Shown in pieces: positions 24,434-38,700 of a stretch of DNA of 64,000 bases. Every line of letters starts with the position of its first letter. Positions within the stretch are counted from its first letter, which is position 1. Source of the stretch: Mobula hypostoma (Eukaryota); NCBI RefSeq assembly GCF_963921235.1, contig NC_086109.1:12462001-12526000 (forward strand). Direction: 5' to 3'. Under the pieces are notes generated by a model. It did not search any database. It was not told the DNA's origin and was given only the letters and a program-made list of their open reading frames with translations. A program made the translations under genes and the position numbers.

Positions 24434-27306
24434 GGAGCATTCGTAATAAGGTGGATGAATTGAAAGTGCAGATTGTTATTAATGATTATGATATAGTTGG
24501 GATCACAGAGACATGGCTCCAGGGTGACCAGGGATGGGAGCTCAACGTTCAGGGATATTCAATATTCAGGAGGGATAGACATGAAGGAAGGTGAGGTGGG
24601 GTGGCGTTGCTGGTTAAAGAAGAGATTAATGCAATAGAAAGGAAGGACATAAGCCGGGAAGATGTGGAATCGATATGGGTAGAGCTGCGTAACACTAAGG
24701 GGCAGAAGACGCTGGTGGGAGTTGTGTACAGGCCACCTAACAGTAGTAGTGAGGTCGGAGATGGTATTAAACAGGAAATTAGAAATGTGTGCAATAAAGG
24801 AACAGCAGTTATAATGGGTGACTTCAATCTACATGTAGACTGGGTGAACCAAATTGGTAAAGGTGCTGAAGAAGAGGATTTCTTGGAATGTATGCGGGAT
24901 GATTTTTTGAACCAACATGTCGAGGAACCGACTAGAGAGCAGGCTATTCTGGACTGGGTTTTGAGCAATGAGGAAAGGTTAATTAGCGATCTTGTCGTGA
25001 GAGGCCCCTTGGGTAAGAGTGACCATAATATGGTGGAATTCTTCATTAATATGGAGAGTGACATAGTTAATTCAGAAACAAAGGTTCTGAACTTAAAGAG
25101 GGGTAACTTTGAAGGTATGAGACGTGAATTAGCTAAGATAGACTGGCAAATGACACTTAAAGGATTGACGGTGGATATGCAATGGCAAGCATTTAAAGGT
25201 TGCATGGATGAACTACAACAATTGTTCATCCCAGTTTGGCAAAAGAATAAATCAAGGAAGGTAGTGCACCCGTGGCTGACAAGAGAAATTAGGGATAGTA
25301 TCAATTCCAAAGAAGTAGCATACAAATTAGCCAGAGAAAGTGGCTCACCTGAGGACTGGGAGAAATTCAGAGTTCAGCAGAGGAGGACAAAGGGCTTAAT
25401 TAGGAAGGGGAAAAAAGATTATGAGAGAAAACTGGCAGAGAACATAAAAACGGACTGTAAAAGCTTTTATAGATATGTAAAAAGGAAAAGACTGGTAAAG
25501 ACAAATGTAGGTCCCCTGCAGACAGAAACAGGTGAATTGATTATGGGGAGCAAGGACATGGCAGACCAATTGAATAATTACTTTGGTTCTGTCTTCACTA
25601 AGGAGGACATAAATAATCTTCCAGAAATAGTAAGGAACAGAGGGTCCAGTGAGATGGAGGAACTGAGTGAAATACATGTTAGTAGGGAAGTGGTGTTAGG
25701 TAAATTGAAGGGATTGAAGGCAGATAAATCCCCAGGGCCAGATGGTCTGCATCCTAGAGTGCTTAAGGAAGTAGCCCAAGAAATAGTGGATGCATTAGTG
25801 ATAATTTTTCAAAACTCGTTAGATTCTGGACTAGTTCCTGAGGATTGGAGGGTGGCTAATGTAACCCCACTTTTTAAAAAAGGAGGGAGAGAGAAACCGG
25901 GGAATTATAGACCGGTTAGCCTAACGTCGGTGGTGGGGAAACTGCTGGAGTCAGTTATCAAGGATGTGATAACAGCACATTTGGAAAGCGGTGAAATGAT
26001 CGGACAAAGTCAGCATGGATTTGTGAAAGGAAAATCATGTCTGATGAATCTCATAGAATTTTTTGAGGATGTAACTAGTAGAGTGGATAGGGGAGAACCA
26101 GTGGATGTGGTATATTTGGATTTTCAAAAGGCTTTTGACAAGGTCCCACACAGGAGATTAGTGTGCAAACTTAAAGCACACGGTATTGGGGGTAAGGTAT
26201 TGGTGTGGGTGGAGAATTGGTTAGCAGACAGGAAGCAAAGAGTGGGAATAAACGGGACCTTTTCAGAATGGCAGGCAGTGACTAGTGGGGTACCGCAAGG
26301 CTCAGTGCTGGGACCCCAGTTGTTTACAATATACATTAATGACTTGGACGAGGGAATTAAATGCAGCATCTCCAAGTTTGCGGATGACACGAAGCTGGGT
26401 GGCAGTGTTAGCAGTGAGGAGGATGCTAAGAGGATGCAGGGTGACTTGGATAGGTTGGGTGAGTGGGCAAATTCATGGCAGATGCAATTTAATGTGGATA
26501 AATGTGAAGTTATCCACTTTGGTGGCAAAAATAGGAAAACAGATTATTATCTGAATGGTGGCCGATTAGGAAAAGGGGAGGTGCAACGAGACCTGGGTGT
26601 CATTATACACCAGTCATTGAAAGTGGGCATGCAGGTACAGCAGGCGGTGAAAAAGGCGAATGGTATGCTGGCATTTATAGCGAGAGGATTCGAGTACAGG
26701 AGCAGGGAGGTACTACTGCAGTTGTACAAGGCCTTGGTGAGACCACACCTGGAGTATTGTGTGCAGTTTTGGTCCCCTAATCTGAGGAAAGACATCTTTG
26801 CCATAGAGGGAGTACAAAGAAGGTTCACCAGATTGATTCCTGGGATGGCAGGACTTTCATATGAAGAAAGGCTGGATGAACTGGGCTTGTACTCGTTGGA
26901 ATTTAGAAGATTGAGGGGGGATCTGATTGAAACGTATAAGATCCTAAAGGGATTGGACAGGCTAGATGCAGGAAGATTGTTCCTGACGTTGGGGAAGTCC
27001 AGAACGAGGGGTCACAGTTTGAGGATAGAGGGGAAGCCTTTTAGGACCGAGATTAGGAAAAACTTCTTCACACAGAGAGTGGTGAATCTGTGGAATTCTC
27101 TGCCACAGCAAACTGTTGAGGCCAGTTCACTGGCTATGTTTAAGAGGGAGTTAGATATGGCCCTTGTGGCTACAGGGGTCAGGGGGTATGGAGGGAAGGC
27201 TGGGGCGGGGTTCTGAGTTGGATGATCAGCCATGATCATAATAAATGGCGGTGCAGGCTCGAAGGGCCGAATGGCCTACTCCTGCACCTATTTTCTATGT
27301 TTCTAT
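24434..27306 (+). mobile_element. Young CR1-clade LINE (APE endonuclease plus RT), slightly 5'-truncated
   Basis: 871-aa open frame 24601-27216 with GDFN, YLDFQKAFDKV, GVPQGSVLGP and FADD motifs; in-frame TGA at 24592-24594; (TTTCTATG)n tail. Confidence 0.96.
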
Positions 27307-30300
27307 ATCTATAGATGCTGTCTGCTGAGTTCCTCCACCATTTTGGGTGTGTCGGTTTTGATTTCATTGTGGTGCGAGGGTTGAGGTGATCCAAGAATCT
27401 GGCTGATTTATATTCTCCTGAATTTTTGTTGGCTGACTTTGCAATTGCTTATAAATACTTAACTCCACATTGTATGCAAATAGATAAATGATAAAATAAT
27501 TCCGTATACATGTAGAGTGGTTTTTGTTAAATATTTTTTCGGGGGAAACAGTGCAATATATTAGCTGTGAATGTACATCTGCTTAAATTCTGCACCTTGT
27601 GTAGTATGAGTGATGACTCTATGTATCAGCCACTGCTGTCATTTGTGTAATGTTCACCCTCAGCAAAGGATAAGAGAAGATAAATCTTTTTTTATCCCAA
27701 AGGAAATTATTGTTGCCCAGTCAGACATATACTGTATACTTTAAAATGCAAAAAATAAGCATTGATGTGGGTAGAACTTCTGTTTTATTTAATTGTCTTA
27801 ACAAACAGAATATGAGAAGTACCAATGGATGCTACACACTGACAGATGTTCTGGACTCTTCCTGCATTGTCCTGTCACTTCTTGGAAAACTTCTCAACAA
27901 TTATGGTTCCTTACGTAGTGGTTGACGTAGTAGTAGTATGGTTCAATATGCTGATGTGAACAAGTGCAGAGATATAAAACATCTTCAGTGAAGCATTTTT
28001 GTTTCAGCAACTAGATCACTGAACAACAATAATAATTTGGTGAAGAAAAGTGAAAAGGCCATTTAGCCACTGTGTTTAAACCTAATCCCACTCATGTACA
28101 TAATGGTGGGATTGTACAACAGTTTTTCATTCGTTGTTGAGAAGTTATCCAAGAACTGAAGCTTCATAAGGTATTAGTCAGATGACACTGGGAAAATAGT
28201 GAACAAACTTGGGTCCTTTATCCATTGAAGGATATGCTATAATTGGAGAGGGGCCAGAGGAGGTTCATGAGAATTATCCCAAGAATGAAAGGGTTAACAT
28301 ATAAAAATTGTTTGATGGCTCTGGGCCTGTACTTGCTGGAGTTCAGAATGATGGGGAAATTTCACTGAAACCTCTTGAATAGTGAAGCGCTTAGAACCCC
28401 AATGGAGTGTATGTGGAGAGGATGTTTCCAATAGTGGGGGAGTCTCAGACCAGAGGGTGTAGCCTCAGAATACAAGGATGTCCCTTTAGGAATTTTTTAG
28501 CCAGGTGGTGATGAATCTGTGGAATTCACTGCCACTGGCAGCTATGGAAGCCATGTAATTGGGTATGTTTAACACAGAGCTTAAAGTAGTTTTTGATTGG
28601 TAAGGTTGTCAAAGGTTACGATGCGAATGTGGTTGAAGGGAATAATAAAGCTGTCAGTATTGAATGGTGGAACAGAGGGAATGGCTGAACGGCCTACTTC
28701 TGTTCCCATGGCTTTTTGTATTATGGTCTTCCGGTCTTGTGGTCTTATGTGATGGAGCAGTCCAGGAAGAGGATGGAACAATTTATTTTCATGAGGCATC
28801 CATTGGAACTTCCCTAAGTTCAGTTTTATAAGTCAAGTAAAAGGGCACAAAAGTTCTAACCACATTCTTTGAGAATTGCTTTATGATGTCCTGATTCAGA
28901 ATCAGAATCGAATTTATTTACACTGCCATCTGATGCAAAATTTCTTGTTTTGCAGCAGAATAAAGAAACAAAAGCAAGTTCCTTCCCTCAGACCATTAAC
29001 AAGCTCAGGTTTAACAGGCCCAGAATCACAAGTGGGACCACTGCTTCTGGAGTTATCTGCAGCTAAACAACACCCAACAGATAACCCTGAGCTGAAGAGA
29101 TCATGAGCTCCAAACAGAATCTGGTGTTACCGCTTCACATCCTCACATAGCAGGTGAAAGATATTTTGTGATATTCCTCCTGGTGAGTAGGCCATTTCAA
29201 AGTTCAAAATTCAAATTAAATTTATCAACGTGCAGCACGATGTCACCATAAACTACCCTGATTATAAGATAATAATGCAGTTCACCTTCTCTCATTTTCA
29301 AGTCCCTTTGTTGTACGTTCATGGGTCACAGATCAGTACTGAGAAAAGTTACACCTTCTATTTGCAGATACATACCCTGACGACCAATGCAAGTTGCAAT
29401 AATTTGCCCCTCACTCATTTTATTCAGCACCCAACTTTAATTTCCATTGCTCATTCTCCTTTTGGACCTTTGTACAGTGACTGGAAATGTTCATGCTAGT
29501 GTCTCTTTCTCATTCCATTTCTTCAAAATGCATTTTGAAAGGTCCGTAATCATGCACCTGATCAAAGTTCAAAATGTACATGGTAAATGTATTATCAAAT
29601 TACATTTACATCACCATATGCTACCCAGAGATTCATTTTCTTGTAGGCATTCAAAGTAGAACAAAGAAATACAACAGAATCAATGAAAAGCAACACTACC
29701 TCTTGCATCTCCCCTAATCTTCCCTCCACTCAGCATTAATGGACATTCTCTGGTATTGGTCATTGTCACCATGAGAAAGAGGAGCTGTCTGTCCACTCAG
29801 TCTATGCCGTATACACTCCTTCTACACCTCTCTACCAAGTTATCTCTCACCTTCCTTTGCTCCAAAGAGAAGATCACTGACTCACTCAACTTTTACTTTT
29901 CCTCATAAGACATGTTCTCTGACCCAAGCAGCATCTTGTTAAACCTCTTCTGCACCTTCCCTAAAGCTTCCATAACCTTCCTATAATGAGGCAATCAGAA
30001 CTGAACACAATACTCCAAGTGTGATGTAACCGGAGTTCTGTAGAGCGATAACATTACCTTGCCGCTCTTGAATTGAATTCTCTTGACCAGTGAATTCCAA
30101 CACCTCATACACCTTCTTTTCCACACTTTCAACCTGCACAGCAACTTTGAAGAATGTTACGGACTTGGAGACCAATAGCCATCTGTTCCTCCACATTGGT
30201 CAGAATCCTACCATTAACTTTGTAATCTGCCTTCAAGTTCGATCATCCAAAGTGCATCACATCACATTTTTCTGTGTTAAACTCCATCTACCACTTCTCC

Positions 30301-30919
30301 ATCCAGCACCACATCCTGTCGTAACGTTCAACAACCTTCTGTACCATCCACAACACTGACGATCTTCACATCATGTGTAAACATGTGTACATGCATTGAA
30401 ATTTTGAATTAAGTAACATAACAGGAGCTTGTTCATATGTAGAAGTGTCCATAAGTCAGGTTTTCATAACCTGGGACTAAAATGTATCGTCTATTATCTG
30501 ACACATCATTCCTCTGACCATATCTGCTTTCTAAACTGACAGTCTTCCACTTTTAATACAGATCTGAAATGGTGTCCCAGAACTGAAACTGGGTTCAATG
30601 AAGGGTGTCAGAACAACTATCTCCCACTCAACATCAGCAAAACCAAACAGCTGATTATTAAGAACAGGAGAAGGTATCCAGAGGTCCATGAGGAAGTCCC
30701 CATCAGGGGATCAGAGGTGGAAAGAGTCAATAACATTAAATTCCTTGGATCTGTCCTGGGTCGAGCATTTAACTGCCATTACAAAGAAGGCATGGCAGTG
30801 CCTTATTTCAAAGATTCAAAGGTCCAACTTAATGTCAGAGATATGTATACAATATACATTCTGAAATGCTTTTTCTTCGCAAACATCCATGAAAACAGAG
30901 AAGTGCCCCAAAGAATGAA

Positions 30920-31620
30920 CAACGGTTAAATGTAAGAACCCCAAAGTCCCCCTCCTGTGCATAAGTGGCAGTGGGCAATAATCTTCCCTCTCCCCACTGG
31001 CAAAAATAAAGCAAGCATAGGCACTGCCACCGAGCACTCAAGCGTGAGCAAAGCAATAGCAAAGCCACAGACTTGCAGTTACCCCAAAGACTTCGCATTT
31101 CACTCAGCATTCGACATACCACAGTTTCTCTCTCTCCCTTATAAGGGAGAAGGAGGTGTCTCCCTTTTTCCCAACGAGCAGGGAGACATAACAAAAACTC
31201 ACTGGTTGACAATGTTAAAAGTCCATTACATCGCTTTTTCCGAGCTCTGTTCCCAAAGATCTCAAAGATCCCTGGTCTTTGGGCGTACAGCAGATATCCC
31301 GACTCCCCAGATGACACACAGATCTCCTGCCGTGACACCGACTCTTGATCCACCCGTCTCCAGTGCCCCGAAATCTTAGGCTTCCAAACCTGAGCTGGAC
31401 TATCAGGCCGAACCTTTGGCGTGCCGACCAACGGCCAGTCCCGAAACCCCGAGAACGAGTCCCATTTCTGCAAAGAACCAAAGTCAGTGTGAAATTCCAG
31501 GTCAGGGTCTTCAAAAGAAACCTGAAAGGGAAATATAAAGATATTAAAGATTGAAACAGAGCTATCTCCGAAAATGCAAGCAAAGGAGTTGCCGTTTAGC
31601 GCCACCTCCGCTTCCGAGTG
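30920..31620. repeat. Unclassified repeat, possibly a solo LTR
   Basis: Begins TGTAAGAACC, is GC-richer than its flanks and contains AATAAA; no coding motifs recognised. Confidence 0.3.
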
Positions 31621-32114
31621 TATTTTCCGCCTCCATTTTCTTGGAAGTTTGCGAAGATCAAAATGTCATCTAAACCTTTGACAAAGTTCTATAGATGCAC
31701 TGTGGAGAGCATTCTTACTGGTTGCATCATGGCATGGTATGAAAACACCAATGACCTTGAACAGAAAAACCTACAAAAGGTGGTGGATACAGCCCAATTC
31801 ATCACAGATAAACCCCACCTTAATGTTGAGCACATTTACAAGGAGCTAAAACAACACTCATCATTTATGAACACCTATCCAGGTCTTAATAATAGATTCT
31901 AACATCTTACCAACCACTGAAGTCAGGCTAATTTGCCTATAATTTTCTGCTTTTTTTCCCCCCCTTCTTAAAGTGTTGATTGGCATTTGTAATTTTCCAG
32001 TCCTCTGAAGCCTTACTTGAAAGATCACTGCTAGATCCTCCACAATCTCTTCTGCTAACTCGTTCAGAACCCTGTGAACAGACCAGTGCTGGCCCGGTCT
32101 CTGCAAAGAAAACA

Positions 32115-32152
32115 ATGTGGATTTCAATTCTTCTAATTTAGTTTCCTACCCA
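32115..32152 (+). pseudogene. Orphan leader exon, inverted and frameshifted (ancestral MWISILLISFLP)
   Basis: ATGTGGATTTCAATTCTTCTAATTTAGTTTCCTACCCA|gtgagtgacaacc is paralogous to 23133-23172, with a 1-nt insertion that creates TAG at 32139-32141. Confidence 0.75.
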
Positions 32153-32374
32153 GTGAGTGACAACCAGCATGGGACATCTTCATCATCAGTTTTGGTTTGG
32201 CATTCGAAGATATTGGAAACTGCAGTTCAGAGAAAACTCGTGGAGGAACTCGGCATCTGTCAGGGGGAAGGGAATTGACAGCGGTTTGGTTTGAGACGCT
32301 GAAGAGAATCTGAGTGGAGGGGAAAGTCTGTGTAAGTAGGAGAGTGGACATTGGGGAAGTAGCTGTCAAATCAA

Positions 32375-32760
32375 AATAAGGAAGAAGGGAGCAGGAAGTC
32401 CGATTTTGAACTGCAGTTAACCAACTGAAGTGTGATATGTGACAAAATGAAAAGTTCATAGTTACATTTTTAAAAAACAGTTCCCAATGACTGACAGAAA
32501 TGATGAGAAAAGTTGAATTGTTGGACACCAGCAACAGTAGATGTTATCTGGAGTAAAAATAAATTGCTGGAGGTGTTGTGAAGCAGGGGCTTTATCTGAA
32601 AATGTTGACCACTCTGCATCTGTAGATGTTCTCTGACTCCCTAAGTTGTTCCAGAAGACGTTTTTCTTGCTTGAGTGAAAATGTCAGCCATCATGAGTCA
32701 TTGAGTTTCACAGTGAGAAGTTAACTGAGGAGGAGAAAATAATGAGAAGAAGAGGAAAGA
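32375..32760 (-). promoter_or_regulatory. Paralogous promoter block of the orphan leader
   Basis: Same-orientation homology to 23230-23620, including CAGGAAGT at 32392-32399. Confidence 0.5.
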
Positions 32761-34681
32761 GTTTATCAATATGTTCCCTTGTTCAGAACAAACCTCAGAA
32801 TGGGGAAGAAATACAATTGAAGTGACTCTGGCTGTGGAATGATTGGTCCGTCTGAGTCTCTCAGAAACTACTGATCTACCGCAAATGGCACAAAAAACAG
32901 TCCCCAAGTTCTATTCGATTTCAGAGTTCCAAAAGGGTCCTCTGAAACCATACTTAAAACTGTTCCAAACAGTTCTGAGAACAGTGCAAACAATTAAACA
33001 AAAACATCTTGTTAGTGGCGGGTTCTGTGGGGGGGAAAATGCCTTGATAATGAGAGAGATTAGTAGAGAATGGTCAGACTGGTTCAACTTGACAGTAACT
33101 GAAATAACCATATGTTACAACAGTGGTGTGCAGAAGATCATGTTTGAAAGCACAACACGTCAAACCTGGAAGCGGATGAGCAGAAAACCATAGACATCCA
33201 CCCAGTGGCCACTTTATTAAACACCTCCTGTCGAATATATGTTGAGTGTTATTTTGCATATGAATGGAATAGTCCCCTCCATCAACAACCACCCCCATCT
33301 GTTTTGACAGCAGAGGGGAACTAAATAAACCTAGAGGTGTAGCAGTTGATCCAGAGCTCGTTGACAGAGTCAGAGTAAAATCTCTTAATGTCACCGGCCT
33401 GTAACGTTGAACAATCTTGTTCATTATGATAAATTGGTCAAAAATTTTAATTCAGAGGAATTAGAGTAGGTACACATTTAAAGCAATTTAAACTTGTATT
33501 CAAACTTAACCGAATCAAACAAATAGCTCCACTTACCTCCCTCATGTGGTCGGTATCTCCTGTTCATCCCGCTACCCTTGTAGTGGTCATGGATTCCCGA
33601 GATAGGCACTCTCCAATGTAAACCAGGGAGGCCTTCGATCATCAGGAGTCTGCATGATGATCCCAAGGTAAATGTCAATTCTGCCTCTGCACAGATACCT
33701 AAAATTTATATTATGAATGTCAGTAATGTTCTTCACTTGTTGCAAACTAGAGTCATGGGGTCAGAGTGTGAACGCAGGAACAAGTCATAAATGCTGGCCA
33801 CCCGCCTGTATTTTCTACTGGTTGGAGAAGTTAACAAAATCTATATCATGCTTATGTTTAGTTAATAGAACATGAAACAGTAAAAAAAACAGGAAAAGTC
33901 TGCCTTTACTATGACGCCAAATATGCTAATCAAATCTCCCCGTATATGTTCCTTATCACTCCGTCCCAGCATATTCATGTGTGTGAGTAATTGCTTCTTA
34001 AGTGTCATCATCACATCTTCTCCTATCTAACATAGCAGTGTATTCCAGGCATGTACAATTATGTGTAAAATTCCTTTAGGTTTTACCACTCTCTCCTCTC
34101 ATATTTGATCCTGGAGAAAATTACTTTGACTCTGCCTAAAAGCTGCTTAAAATTTCATACACTTCTCTCTGATGTCTCCTCAGTCTCCACAGAAAACAAT
34201 CCTAGTTTGTACAACCACTCCATACAGCTTATATACCCTAATCTAGAAAATAGGCAGGTAAACCTCTTCTGCAGCCACTCTAAAGGCTCCACATCCTTGC
34301 TGTTATGCGGCAGCCAGAACTACACACACACTCAAAATGTGGCTTAAGCAAAGTTTTATACAGCTGCTACATGCATTCATAACTCTTTTGGTTAATGTCC
34401 TGACTGAAGCCTGTTTTACCACCGACATTGCGTCTGTCTATGTTGCCAGCTTCACAGAGTTATGAACCTCCACTCCAAGCTTTGCACATCATTCTGGATC
34501 TGCCTTGGTGATAATTCAGTCAAATCTGTTTTGGAGAAGCTGCCTCTGAGAAACGAGCAAAGCAGGAAGCTGACATGATGTAGAAGGGGCCTTTCATGCA
34601 AACTCAGCATGCAATACATGGAACACACATCAAAGTTGCTGGTGAACGCAGCAGTCCAGGCAGCATCTCTAGGAAGAGGTA

Positions 34682-34714
34682 CAGTCGACGTTTCGGGCTG
34701 AGACCCTTCGTCAT
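34682..34714 (-). ncRNA. Minimal type I hammerhead-ribozyme-like motif in a Penelope-derived repeat
   Basis: Minus strand reads aTGACGA-AGGGTCTCAGCCC-GAAAC-GTC-GACTGT: stem II, GAAAC and the GUC cleavage triplet are intact; the 5' stem I arm is truncated. Confidence 0.6.
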
Positions 34715-35119
34715 ACGTGGCTTCGTTTCCTTTGAAAACTGTGTCAGATCTTTTCAGGCAACGCTTAAACTCACTTTTTCTGAAATATATTCCATTGGTC
34801 AGTGTAATTTCAAGAACTACGATGGGATTTCGCTTTACTTCAGTTCAATATTAGGGGGAAACAGCTGATAGGAATGACACATTCATGCATCCTGGTGACA
34901 TGCATTTTATTACAGTCATAAAATCTGTGTCGGCTCTGTTCTTGAAACATATTAAATCCATTTTGACAAGAAATGGTCTGTGTAAGTCGCTTAAGTATTT
35001 CTCATAGAATGATACAGGACAGAAGTTGGACAGGTCACATCTCTCTCCCCCTATGATCTCCATTAACTCTAACCCAGCAGACCTTCACTCACTTTCTCAG
35101 CTACTGAAAGTTGCCAATT

Positions 35120-35690
35120 CCACAATATATAAACGCAAGGAATTTCGCAGATGCTGGATTTTCAAAGCAGCATACACAAAACATTGGATGAATTCAGCAG
35201 GTTAGGCAGCCTCTACGGAAAGGAATATACAGTCAATGTTTCTGGCTGAGGGCCTTCTTCAAGACTGGGCAGGAAGAGGGAAGACACCATAGTAAAAATG
35301 TGGAGGGAGGGAAAGGAGGATATCAAGAATTTGAAGGGTGAAGCCAGGTGGGTTGGAAAGATAATAAGCTGGAGAGGAAGGAATCTGATAGGGGAGGAGA
35401 GTGGACGATAGGAGCAGGGGAAGGAGGAAGAGATCCAGGGGGAGTTGAAAGGCAGCGGAGAGAGGTAAGAGGCCAGAATGGGGAATAGAAGAAGAAGGGT
35501 GAGGATGGAGTTTTTTTCAGCAATATTCAACAACTTGTCCTGATAATCCAGTCCTGATGAAAGGTCTCAGCCTGAACCATCAACTGCTCTTTCCCTTCCA
35601 GAGATGCTGCCCGTCCAGCTGAACCCCTCCAGCATTTTGTGTGTGTTGCTCTGGATTTCTGGCATCTGCAGAATCTCTTAGGTTTATAAA
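35120..35690. repeat. Inverted pair of Penelope-derived repeats, each with a degenerate hammerhead core
   Basis: Minus copy about 35120-35510. Plus copy has CAGTC-CTGATGA-AAGGTCTCAGCCT-GAACC-ATC at 35549-35581. Confidence 0.65.
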
Positions 35691-35779
35691 TCCACAATAT
35701 CACTGTTCACCTGGTTAGATCATTAGATGTTAATTGAAACGTGGTCTACCCAGTTCATGCTGTGTGATTAGCTGCCACA

Positions 35780-38700
35780 GATTTGGTGGTGTGGCAATTA
35801 ACACTGGATCAGTAATCCAGAGAACCAATTATACGCTGGGGACATGAGTTTGAATCCCACCATAGCACTATGAAGAATTTGAATTCAATAAAAATATGTC
35901 GTAAATGTTGTAAAAAAGACATCTGGTTCACTAATGTCCTTTAGGGGAGAAACCCTGACATCCTTGCCTGGTCTAGCCTATATGTGACTTCAGGCCCACA
36001 GACTCTTAAATACCCCCTGAAATGGCCTAGCAAGCCACTCAGTTCTATCCAACCACTAAAGAGCAAATAGTAAGGAATTAACCTGGACAGACAACCTAGC
36101 ATTGACCTAGGCACTGGAAACAACAACGGCAAAACCAGCCCTGTCGACCCTGCAAAGTCCTCCTTTCTAACATTCCAGACTCCACCATCACCAGTCCGGG
36201 GTATGTACTGTCTCACCGGCAGGGCAGACCGAGCAGAGGTGGTGGAACAGTAGTATACAGTAGAGAGGGAGTTGCCCTGGCAACTCTCAACCTCGACTCT
36301 GGACCCCATGAAGTCTCATGTCACCAGGTTAAACATGAGCAAGAAAGCCTCCCGCTGATGACCACATACTGTCCTCCCTCCGCTGAAGAATCACTGCTTC
36401 TCTGTGTTGAGCAGCACTTGGAGGAGACATTGAGGGTGGCAAGGGCACAGAATGTACTCTGGATGGAGGACTTCAATGTCCATCACCAGGAGTGGCTCGG
36501 TAGTACCACCACAGACTGAGGTACTGGACATGGCTACTAGACTGGGACTACAGCAGGTGGTGAGGGAACCACCAAGAGGGAAGAACATATTTGACCTCAT
36601 TCTCGCCAACCTGCCTGCCGCGGAAGAATCTGTCCATGACAGCATTGGTAGAAGTTACCACCACGCAGTATTTGTGGAGAGTAAATCCCGTCTCCACATT
36701 GAAGAAACACTCCACTGCATTGTGTGGCACTACCACCGTGCTAACTGTGATAGATCGAACAGATCTAGCAGCCTGAGACTGAGATCTATGAGATCCTGTG
36801 GGCCATCAGCAGCAGCAGAATTGTACTCAACTACAATCTGCAACCTCATGACCCAGTATATCCCCCACTCTAACATGACCATCAGGCCAGGGGATCAATC
36901 CTGGTTCAATAAAGAGTGCAGGAGGGCATGCCAAGAACAACAGCAGGCATACCTCAATATGAGGTGTCACCCTGGTGAAGTCACAGTACAGGACTACTTG
37001 CAAACTAAATACCATAAGCAGCAAGTAATAGACAGAGCAAAGGGGTCCCGCAACCAAAGGGTCAGATCTATGCTCCATAGTCCTGCTACATCCAGCCGTG
37101 AATGGTGGTGGACAATCAAACAACTCACTGGAGGAGGATGCTCCAGAACTATCCCTATCCTCAATGATAGACAAGCCCAGCACACCTGTGCAGAAGATAA
37201 GGCTGAGGCATTTGCAACAATCTGCAGTCAGAAGTACCAAGTTGATGATCCAGCTCGGCCTCCTCCTGAAGTTCCCAGCATCCCAGATGTCAGTATGCAT
37301 TCCACATGATATCAAGAAGGGGTTGAAAGCACTGGCTACTGTGAAGGCTACATGCCCAGACAAAATCCCGGCAATAGTCCCGAAGACTTGTGCTCCAGAA
37401 GTTGCCATGCCTCTACCCAAGCTGTTCCAGTACAGCTACAACACCGGCATCTACCCGGAAATGTGGAAAATTGCCCAGGTATGTCCTGTACACAAGAAAC
37501 AGGATGTCTAACCCAGCCAATCACCACTCTATCAGCTGACTCTCAATCATTAGCAAAGTAATGGAAGGGGTCATCAACAGTGCTATCATGCAGCTCCTAC
37601 TCGGTAATAATCTGCTAACAGATGCCCAGTTTTGGGTTCATCAAGACCACTCAGCTCCTGACCTCATCACCTTCTTAGTCCAAAGACCTAAATACCAGAG
37701 GTGAGGTGAGAGTGATAGCCCTCGACGTTAAGGCAGTATTTGACCGGGTATGGCATCGAGGTGCCCTGGCTAAAATGGAGCCAATGGGAATTACAGGGAA
37801 AATCCTCCATTGGTGGGAATCATACCTGACACAAAGGAAGATGGTTATGGTGTTTGGAGGTCGATCATCTCGTCCTTGGGACATCATTGCAGGAGTTCCT
37901 CGGGGAAGTGTCCAAGGACCAGTCATCTTCAGCTGCTTCATGAATGACCTTCCTTCCGTCATAAGGTCAGAAGTGGGGATGTTCGCAGATGACTGCACAA
38001 TGTTCTGCACCATTTGTGACTTCTCAGATAGTGAAGCAGTTTATACTTAAATGCAGCAGGACCTGGACAATATCCAGGCTTGGGCTGACAAGTGGCAAGT
38101 AACATTCGAGCCCCGCCAGTGCCAGGCAATGACCATCTCCAACCAGAGAGGCTCTAACCATCGTCCCTAGGCATTCAGTAGCATCACCATCACTGAATCG
38201 CCTACTATCAACATTCTGGGGGTTACCATTGACAGGAAACTGAACTGGTTTGGCTATATAAACACCATGGCTACCAGAGCAGGTCAAAGCCCAGGAATCC
38301 TCTGGTGTGTAACTCACCTCCTGACTCCCTAGAGCCTGTCCTCCATTGACAAGTCTCAGGTCATGAGTGTAATGGAATAATCGCCACTCGCCTGGATGAG
38401 TGCAGCTCCATCACACTCAAGAAGTTTGACACCATCCAATGCAAGGTAGCTCACTTGATTAGTACCCGTTCCACAAGCATCCAATCCCTCCACCATCGAC
38501 AAACAGTTGCAGCAGTGTATACTATCTACAAGATGAACTGCAACAACGCACCAGACTTCCTAAGGCAGCACCTTCCAGACACACAACCACTATCATCTAG
38601 TAGGGCAAGAACAGCAGATACCTGGGAACACCACCACTTGGACATCCCTCTCTAAGTCACTCACCATCCTTACTTGGAAACATATCACCATTGTCGCTGG

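Noticed and set aside
24549-25325. Long antisense ORFs over CR1 (also 47706-48347, 26124-26528)
   Set aside because: Shadow frames of the LINE ORF2, reproduced in both copies.
33510-33680. Strong minus-strand donor GAG|gtaagt near 33535 with an open frame
   Set aside because: No convincing acceptor, signal peptide or family similarity; could be a non-coding exon but unsupported.
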